From an uncultured Lachnospiraceae bacterium (lineage in GTDB: Bacteria > Bacillota > Clostridia > UBA1381): a DNA stretch of 64,000 nt. The DNA is taken from the NCBI GenBank assembly GCA_964422725.1, contig CAYRCC010000002.1, positions 28,694-92,693 of the forward strand, given 5' to 3'. A program made the translations under genes and the position numbers. Below the pieces are notes generated by a model. The model saw only the letters and a list, made by a program, of their open reading frames with translations, was not told the DNA's origin and ran no database searches. Below, piece by piece: positions 57,744 through 64,000 of the stretch (positions within the stretch are counted from its first letter, which is position 1; every line of letters begins with the position of its first letter).

Positions 57744-58876
57744 TCTTTATCCTCCCATATTTTCTCTATAAGCGACTGCACAAATTCGCTCTGTTCCTCA
57801 CTCATCTGCCGATTATTCTGTTTTTCGTAAAATTGCGCAAACAGTTCAATCGGCGTTTTGGTTTCAACGGCATCTGCCGAATCAACGCAAGCCGCACTTC
57901 TCGTTCTTGTATTGTCATAATCCAGTTTCATAATATTGGGATAAATAACTCTCAGCTTTGATATTGCCTCGGGAATATCCTCCTCGTCGGTAAGCGTGAT
58001 ATGCAGATAATCGTCAACCGCAGTGCCGTCATAGTATGCTTTTGACACAAGCCGCCCGTATTCACCCTTTATTTCCCTCATATCGTGTTTCGGTGTTAAT
58101 TCCCTATATTTTATGTCAACACTGCCCTTTTCTTTAAGCTCAACAATCGTTACGGATTTTTTATGCGACACCTCCGAAAACGAATACTTCAGCGGTGTAC
58201 CCGAATATCTTACGGTTTCGCGGCACACGCTCTGCGGTCTGTGAATATGCCCAAGCGCAACATAATCAAAATCATCAAACACAGCGGCATCGACATTGTC
58301 ACTTCCGCCCACCGAAAGCTCCTCCGAGTCACTGCGCTGTGCACCTGTAACAAACTGATGCGTGATAATTACATTGCGCTCATTAGTGTCTACGTGCATA
58401 TTTTCCACAGCCGCCGCTACCGCCTCCGTATAGCTTTCTGTTTCTGTTTCCGGATAAAATCTGCGTACATTCGCCGGCTTGACGAAAGGCAGCATATATA
58501 TGTTCAGTTTACCGTATTCGTCGGTAAGCGTTATCGGTGTAACCTCACCGTCATACACAGGCGACATATATATACCGCTTTTTTGCATAAGCCGAGCCCC
58601 AAACGATATACGTTCGGGAGAATCGTGGTTTCCGCTTATCACAAAAACCGACACGCCGCGCTCTGCCAGACTGCGCAAAAAGCCGTCAAAAAGCATAACC
58701 GCCTCAACCGGCGGTACACCCTTATCATACACATCGCCGGCTATTATTACTCCGTGCGGTTTTTCCTCGTCGGTAATATTTATAATTTGTTCCAAAATAT
58801 ACTCCTGCTCCTGTATCATAGAAAATTCATTTACACGCTTTCCTATGTGAAGGTCGGATAAATGTATAAATTTCAT
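57740..58876 (-). CDS. sbcD: SbcD (Mre11-like) nuclease subunit
   Basis: MKFIHLSDLHIGK, IIAGDVYD, GNHDS and GHIH phosphoesterase motifs. 4-nt overlap with sbcC. Confidence 0.9.
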   Translation of the reverse strand: MKFIHLSDLHIGKRVNEFSMIQEQEYILEQIINITDEEKPHGVIIAGDVYDKGVPPVEAVMLFDGFLRSLAERGVSVFVISGNHDSPERISFGARLMQKSGIYMSPVYDGEVTPITLTDEYGKLNIYMLPFVKPANVRRFYPETETESYTEAVAAAVENMHVDTNERNVIITHQFVTGAQRSDSEELSVGGSDNVDAAVFDDFDYVALGHIHRPQSVCRETVRYSGTPLKYSFSEVSHKKSVTIVELKEKGSVDIKYRELTPKHDMREIKGEYGRLVSKAYYDGTAVDDYLHITLTDEEDIPEAISKLRVIYPNIMKLDYDNTRTRSAACVDSADAVETKTPIELFAQFYEKQNNRQMSEEQSEFVQSLIEKIWEDKE

Positions 58877-59068
58877 TTTGTATTCCTCGCTTAACCCATC
58901 GGTATTGACAAACTTAAAAAGCCTTATAATTTACACATTCATTTTACACCAAATATTCTTTTACGTCAATTGTCCGTTAAATACACAAAAATATCTGTAA
59001 TTTTAATTGAATTTAAAAATTTCAAATGATAAAATAATATGTAAGACACAAGAAAGGAACTTTGAATT

Positions 59069-61324
59069 ATGTCTATTTCAAACGACAAAATATGTATTGA
59101 GTCGCCGCCCGATTATGTTTTGAAATTCCTTGCCGAAAAAGGTTTTTCAGATGTTGTAGCGGCAGCACAAGCCGATATGACCGCCGACACAGCATACGGA
59201 CAGGCGTGGGCTGTTGCCGGAAATGATTCTATGGCAGTAATTACGTTGGCAGAAAACTGCGGTGTATGGCAATGCGACAGTTATGCCGAATATAAGTATT
59301 CCGAGATTGACCGTTTTTATATTGACACATTTATTTCAAGCGGTATTTTAATCGGTGTTTTTTCCGAAACCGACTTTGAGCTTTGTTCTTTCTCCAACAA
59401 CAGTGCACATACTTTCGGACGTTTTGCCAACATACTTAACAAGCTGAAAAATGCCGCGCCGCTTACCGACGATGACCGCCGTTCGGAAACGGACGACCGT
59501 GTCTGTCCCAAATGCGGCACGCCGTATCCTGACCGCGGACACAGAATATGTCCCAAATGTACAAAACGCACAACCATTTTTAAGCGGGTTATGTCATACG
59601 GCTTTAAATATCGTTTTCACATACTGGCTGTATTTATCGGCATAATGATTTCGGCAGGACTGTCGCTCCTTCGTCCGCAGCTTAACAACCGCGCGTTGTT
59701 TGACCGCGTATTGAATCCACAGTCGCCGGAATACGGGCAAGTATTCAAATTAATGCTGTCCATATTCGCACTCGAAAGCGCAACGCTTGTAATGAGTATA
59801 ATCAACGGACGAGTCGGCGCGACAATATCCGCAAAGATAATTTACGATATTAAGCTTGAGCTTTTTTCCGCAATGCAAAAGCTGTCGCTCAGCTTTTACA
59901 ACAGCAAACACACAGGAAATCTTATGAACCGCGTAAACAACGATGCACAGGATATACAGTATTTTATAAGTGACGGTATTCCGAGTTTTCTTATGAACCT
60001 GATAAATATATTGGGTATACTGATAATTATGTTCAGCTACAATCCTCTGCTGTCGCTTTTGGTATTTATACCTATTCCGATTATTGTACTTGTAATACGC
60101 AAGGTTGTTCCCAATTTTTACAAATACGAATGGAGTTCGTGGGGCAAGCGCAGTATAATAAATTCAGTAATAAACGACACCCTCACCGGAGCACGCGTGG
60201 TAAAGGCTTTCGGACGCGAGGACAATGAAATCAACCGATTCGACAAAGCAAACACAGACCTTTACGATGCACATATAAAACAGGGTTACGCCGCGGCAAA
60301 AACATTTCCTATGCTGAGCTATCTTATGACAATCGGCGGTCTTTTTGTATGGGGGGTCGGCGGAAATGCCGTAATTGCCGGCAATATGACTATCGGTGTG
60401 CTTACTGCGTTTGTAAGCTATATATCAATGATTTACGGTCCGCTTGATTTTATGGTGCGCACATTTGACTGGTATACGCGATGTATGAACTCGGCACAGC
60501 GTATATTTGAAATTATCGATCAAAAGCCGGAAATTGCCGAAATCGACAACCCTGTAAAAATGCCGGATATGAAAGGTGATATTTCAATCAAAAACGTTAC
60601 GTTTGAATACGAACCGAACAAACCTGTACTGCACAGTATCAATCTCGACATCAATGCCGGTGAAATGATAGGCTTGGTGGGACATTCGGGTGCCGGCAAA
60701 TCCACGATAACAAACCTTATAACAAGACTTTACGATGTAACCGAGGGCGGTATATACATCGACGGAGTCAACATAAAAGATATTTCCGTTTCCGATTTGC
60801 GCCGCCAAATAGGTATGGTACTCCAAGAAACGTTCCTGTTCTCCGGTACACTTGCCGAAAATATCGCATACGCAAAGCCCAACGCAACAATGGAAGAAAT
60901 AATAAATGCCGCAAAGCTGGCAAACGCGCACGACTTCATTATGCGTATGCCTGACGGATATGAAACTATGATAGGCAAGCGCAAAAACAATCTGTCCGGC
61001 GGTGAAAAACAGCGTATTTCCATTGCGCGTGCCATTTTGGTTGACCCGAAAATCCTCATTCTCGACGAGGCAACCGCCTCCGTCGACACCGAAACCGAAC
61101 GTCTTATACAAGAGGCACTCGAACGTCTTACCAAAGGCAGAACAACCATCGCAATTGCCCACAGACTGTCCACACTCCGCAACGCCGACCGTTTGGTGGT
61201 TGTTGAAAAGGGAACAATTGCCGAAGCCGGTACTCACGAGGAGCTTGAAAAGCTCAACGGAATTTATTACGAAATGTTGCAAATTCAAAAAGAAGCGTTA
61301 AAAATAAAAGGAGGAGAAATATAA
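59069..61324 (+). CDS. ABC exporter half-transporter (TMD-NBD) with a roughly 170-aa N-terminal cytoplasmic domain ending in a zinc ribbon
   Basis: CPKCGTPYPDRGHRICPKC precedes 6 TM segments. Walker A GHSGAGKST, signature LSGGEKQRISIARA and Walker B ILILDEATASVD. Confidence 0.9.
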   Translation: MSISNDKICIESPPDYVLKFLAEKGFSDVVAAAQADMTADTAYGQAWAVAGNDSMAVITLAENCGVWQCDSYAEYKYSEIDRFYIDTFISSGILIGVFSETDFELCSFSNNSAHTFGRFANILNKLKNAAPLTDDDRRSETDDRVCPKCGTPYPDRGHRICPKCTKRTTIFKRVMSYGFKYRFHILAVFIGIMISAGLSLLRPQLNNRALFDRVLNPQSPEYGQVFKLMLSIFALESATLVMSIINGRVGATISAKIIYDIKLELFSAMQKLSLSFYNSKHTGNLMNRVNNDAQDIQYFISDGIPSFLMNLINILGILIIMFSYNPLLSLLVFIPIPIIVLVIRKVVPNFYKYEWSSWGKRSIINSVINDTLTGARVVKAFGREDNEINRFDKANTDLYDAHIKQGYAAAKTFPMLSYLMTIGGLFVWGVGGNAVIAGNMTIGVLTAFVSYISMIYGPLDFMVRTFDWYTRCMNSAQRIFEIIDQKPEIAEIDNPVKMPDMKGDISIKNVTFEYEPNKPVLHSINLDINAGEMIGLVGHSGAGKSTITNLITRLYDVTEGGIYIDGVNIKDISVSDLRRQIGMVLQETFLFSGTLAENIAYAKPNATMEEIINAAKLANAHDFIMRMPDGYETMIGKRKNNLSGGEKQRISIARAILVDPKILILDEATASVDTETERLIQEALERLTKGRTTIAIAHRLSTLRNADRLVVVEKGTIAEAGTHEELEKLNGIYYEMLQIQKEALKIKGGEI

Positions 61325-61869
61325 TGCCCCCAAAACCACCAATGCCGGGTATGCCGCCCAGAAAGAAAATGAATATCAGCGAAATTACCGATATAATATA
61401 TTTGACCGAAAAGGATATCAGATTTTACGAAACCAACGGCAAACTGCTCGGCGCGGAAACAAAAAACTATAACGGCAGAGTAAATCTTTACCGCATATTT
61501 CCTATTTCATACGAAAACGAATACATATCCGTCCGTGACTCAAACCTTTGCGAGATAGGAATAATCAAAAAGCTTTCGGATTTTCCCGACACGCAGAAAA
61601 CACTTGCACTACAAGAGCTCAACCGACGTTATTTCACGCCGAAAATCACTAAGGTTATCGACGCAAAGCAGGAGTTCGGAAACTTTTTCTGGCACGTCGA
61701 AACCACATCGGGCGAACGCAAATTTTCTATGCGTGACCTGGCAAATAACATAATCAGAACAAATGACCGCGGAATTATTCTTGTGGATATGGACGGAAGC
61801 CGCTACGCATTGGAAAATCCGCGCAAAGATGCCGGTAAGGCTATGAAATTTTTGGATATTTGGCTATGA
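61324..61869 (+). CDS. Small conserved soluble protein sandwiched between the two ABC genes (recalled as DUF1854-like; not verified)
   Basis: Its ATG overlaps the upstream stop (TAATG). Pro-rich N-terminus MPPKPPMPGMPP. No TM segment or catalytic motif. Confidence 0.55.
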   Translation: MPPKPPMPGMPPRKKMNISEITDIIYLTEKDIRFYETNGKLLGAETKNYNGRVNLYRIFPISYENEYISVRDSNLCEIGIIKKLSDFPDTQKTLALQELNRRYFTPKITKVIDAKQEFGNFFWHVETTSGERKFSMRDLANNIIRTNDRGIILVDMDGSRYALENPRKDAGKAMKFLDIWL

Positions 61870-61889
61870 TTTGATGAAAGGTATCAGCT

Positions 61890-64000
61890 ATGAATTTAAA
61901 GTATGAACTGCCGCAAAAATGCGAACTGACACTCAGAAAGCATCTTAACGGCGAAGAAATTTTATATTGTCTGCCGTACGACTTGAACGAACGCGAAAGC
62001 TATGTCGACGGCTATTTCGTCATTACAAAAACGCGTATATTCATATTGTGCGACGGCGAAATTATCAATTCAATGAATATCTGCTCAGCCACAGATTACA
62101 ATGCGGTTGATTTGGTGTCAAGCGGCAGACTTGAATGTGAAATTGACGGTGTGACTCACTTTCTGGTATACTACAACACCGAGCATCTCGCCCGCTATGC
62201 ATACGCAATGCGTATATTAAACGAGCTTGCTGTCGGAGAAATGCCGAAAGTGGTATCGACAGACGAAATCACAAAATGCCCCAAATGCGGCAGAGCATTT
62301 ATGCCGCGTACAAAAATATGTCCGCACTGTTTAAGCCGCAGCAGTGCTATTAAAAAAATAGCAAAAATAGTAAAACCGCATTGGTATCTGTACGCCGGAA
62401 TAACTCTCTTGTTCATTCTAAACTCAATTATTATGATAGTTGTTCCCGTTGTCAATCAAAACATTATAGATAATGCGATTATGCCGAAATCGTTTTCACT
62501 TCTGCTGCTTTACATACTCCTTATTGCAGTGTGCAATCTGTCGGTTTCTCTGATCGGCGTGGGCAGACAGATACTGTCGGTAAAATCCGGCTCAACACTG
62601 TCACGCGATTTGCGTACAATGGTGTATAATAAGGTGCAGTCGCTGTCGATAAGCTATATCGACGAGCAGACTGTCGGAAACATAATGAACCGCATCAGTC
62701 AGGACACACAGCGTATACAGCACTTCATTCAAAACATCGCCACTCAGGCATTAAACGAAGTATTTCTGTTTATAGGAGTTGCCGTAATATTGTTTGCCGC
62801 AAACCCGAAAATGGCACTTTTTGCAATTATTCCGATACCGTTCGTTTTGGTGTTCTGCGGTATCTGCCACGACCGTATGCATAAAATGTACCGCAATCAA
62901 TGGGTAAGACTGGACAAGCTGAACACTTTCCTAAACGACATTCTGCGCGGTATACGAGTTGTAAAAGCGTTCGGTCAGGAAAAACGTGCTGTGGAACAAT
63001 TTCAGAAAGATGCGTACAGCGTGCGCACAATCACGATAAAAAACGAGTGCTTTGCTTACACGATTATACCGGCGATAAAATTTATTATGACTATAGGCAG
63101 CTTTTTCGTCACTTTTTACGGTGCTAACCTTGTACTTGACGGCAGTATGTCAATGGGTGAGCTTTTGAAGTTTTCAACATATGCTTCTTATCTGTACGCA
63201 AGACTTGAATGGTTCAGTATGCTGCCGCGGTGGCTCTCAGAGGCGGCTAACGCAACAGAACGCATATTTGAAGTCCTCGACCAAGACCCCGAAATAACGG
63301 ACGGTGAAAAGTCTTTCGGAAACGAAGTGCAACGCGGTATAAAATTTGACAATGTAACCTTCGGCTACAAAACGTATCAGCCGGTTTTAAAGAACTTATC
63401 GGTTGACGTAAAGTCAGGCGAAATGATAGGCTTGGTAGGACATTCGGGTGCGGGCAAATCGACAGTGATAAACCTTTTAATGCGCCTTTACGATGCAGAC
63501 GAGGGTAAAATCACAATTGACGGTGCGGACCTGAGGGAGCTTGCGCAAAAAGAATATAAAAACCGCATAGGTGTTGTTTTACAGGAAACTTTCCTGTTCT
63601 CCGGTACAATACTTGCAAATATAAAATACGCAAAACCCGATGCAACCATTGACGAGGTTATTCGTGCCGCAAAAATCGCAAACGCACACGATTTCATTGT
63701 AAGTTTTCCCGACGGCTATGACACCAAAGTCGGCGAGCGCGGACAGCGTTTATCGGGCGGTGAACGCCAGCGTATTGCAATCGCACGCGCTGTTTTGACC
63801 GACCCTAAAATACTGATTCTCGACGAAGCGACAGCCTCCGTCGACACCGAAACCGAACAGCTTATCCAACAGGCACTTTCACGTCTTATCAAAGGACGTA
63901 CCACTTTCGCAATCGCACACAGACTGTCCACCCTTAAAAATGCGGACAGAATTATGGTACTTGACCACGGACAGCTTGCCGAACTCGGCACTCACGACGA
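61890..64000 (+). CDS. Second ABC exporter half-transporter with the same N-terminal domain plus zinc ribbon. The 3' end runs off the window and it is absent from the ORF track.
   Basis: The ATG at 61890 follows GAAAGG. The translation reads MNLKYELPQKCELTL...CPKCGRAFMPRTKICPHC, then TM segments. Walker A GHSGAGKST (about 63440), LSGGERQRIAIARA (about 63750) and ILILDEATASVD. Confidence 0.85.
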   Translation, partial: MNLKYELPQKCELTLRKHLNGEEILYCLPYDLNERESYVDGYFVITKTRIFILCDGEIINSMNICSATDYNAVDLVSSGRLECEIDGVTHFLVYYNTEHLARYAYAMRILNELAVGEMPKVVSTDEITKCPKCGRAFMPRTKICPHCLSRSSAIKKIAKIVKPHWYLYAGITLLFILNSIIMIVVPVVNQNIIDNAIMPKSFSLLLLYILLIAVCNLSVSLIGVGRQILSVKSGSTLSRDLRTMVYNKVQSLSISYIDEQTVGNIMNRISQDTQRIQHFIQNIATQALNEVFLFIGVAVILFAANPKMALFAIIPIPFVLVFCGICHDRMHKMYRNQWVRLDKLNTFLNDILRGIRVVKAFGQEKRAVEQFQKDAYSVRTITIKNECFAYTIIPAIKFIMTIGSFFVTFYGANLVLDGSMSMGELLKFSTYASYLYARLEWFSMLPRWLSEAANATERIFEVLDQDPEITDGEKSFGNEVQRGIKFDNVTFGYKTYQPVLKNLSVDVKSGEMIGLVGHSGAGKSTVINLLMRLYDADEGKITIDGADLRELAQKEYKNRIGVVLQETFLFSGTILANIKYAKPDATIDEVIRAAKIANAHDFIVSFPDGYDTKVGERGQRLSGGERQRIAIARAVLTDPKILILDEATASVDTETEQLIQQALSRLIKGRTTFAIAHRLSTLKNADRIMVLDHGQLAELGTHD

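Noticed and set aside
55015-57771. Series of plus-strand ORFs (96-247 aa, Ser/Leu/Phe-rich) across sbcC
   Set aside because: These are antisense translations of the Glu/Lys/Ala-rich coiled coil of SbcC. Their low-complexity composition is the mirror of the coiled-coil codons.
54981-58876. SbcD/SbcC pair considered as part of an SMC/Rad50-type anti-phage defence system (Lamassu- or Gabija-like)
   Set aside because: Both proteins have the full canonical Mre11 phosphoesterase and Rad50 Walker, zinc-hook and signature motifs, normal sizes and the standard overlapping sbcD-sbcC order. No extra effector gene is present. They are housekeeping genes.
58908-58933. TTGACA ... TATAAT promoter-like pair upstream of the ABC operon
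   Set aside because: The spacer is only 14 nt, too short for a functional sigma-A promoter as written. The true promoter is probably elsewhere in the 190-nt AT-rich region.

Overview
This is a chromosomal segment of a low-GC Firmicute that looks Clostridia-like. Supporting genes are AbrB, CdaA-CdaR, an SLH wall-anchored protein, a SEDS protein, SbcCD and rhamnogalacturonan lyases. About 55 protein genes can be supported. No rRNA, tRNA, CRISPR array, transposase or integrase was recognised.

Layout:
- 1-1259: rimO (partial, missing from the ORF track) and recX.
- 1614-20091: an 18.5-kb glycan-biosynthesis island. It is visibly more AT-rich than its flanks and all 20 genes are on the minus strand.
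- 20406-26417: AraC regulator, GH105 and a giant PL11 rhamnogalacturonan lyase.
- 26794-40111: housekeeping block of abrB-like, cdaA-cdaR, hslO, truA, cvpA-like, ilvD, rho, galT-galK and a Nudix gene.
- 40161-42535: consensus promoter, candidate c-di-GMP-I riboswitch with terminator, and a large SLH-anchored beta-helical surface protein.
- 42666-49146: small mosaic exopolysaccharide cluster.
- 49303-54795: SEDS protein and a second PL11 lyase.
- 54981-58876: sbcDC.
- 59069-64000: an ABC / small protein / ABC exporter module.

The most interesting region is the glycan island. It encodes every step from pentose phosphate to CMP-Kdo (Rpe, SIS-type arabinose-5-P isomerase, KdsA, KdsC-like phosphatase, cytidylyltransferase) but no LPS genes. 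Alongside sit a Maf/GT42-like transferase, two paralogous GT9-like proteins each preceded by a small partner ORF, three methyltransferases and a teichoic-acid-like module. One methyltransferase is split by a G7 tract. Five different enzymes in the island share one N-terminal Rossmann-like module.

All functional calls come from motif reading of the translations. No database search was run.
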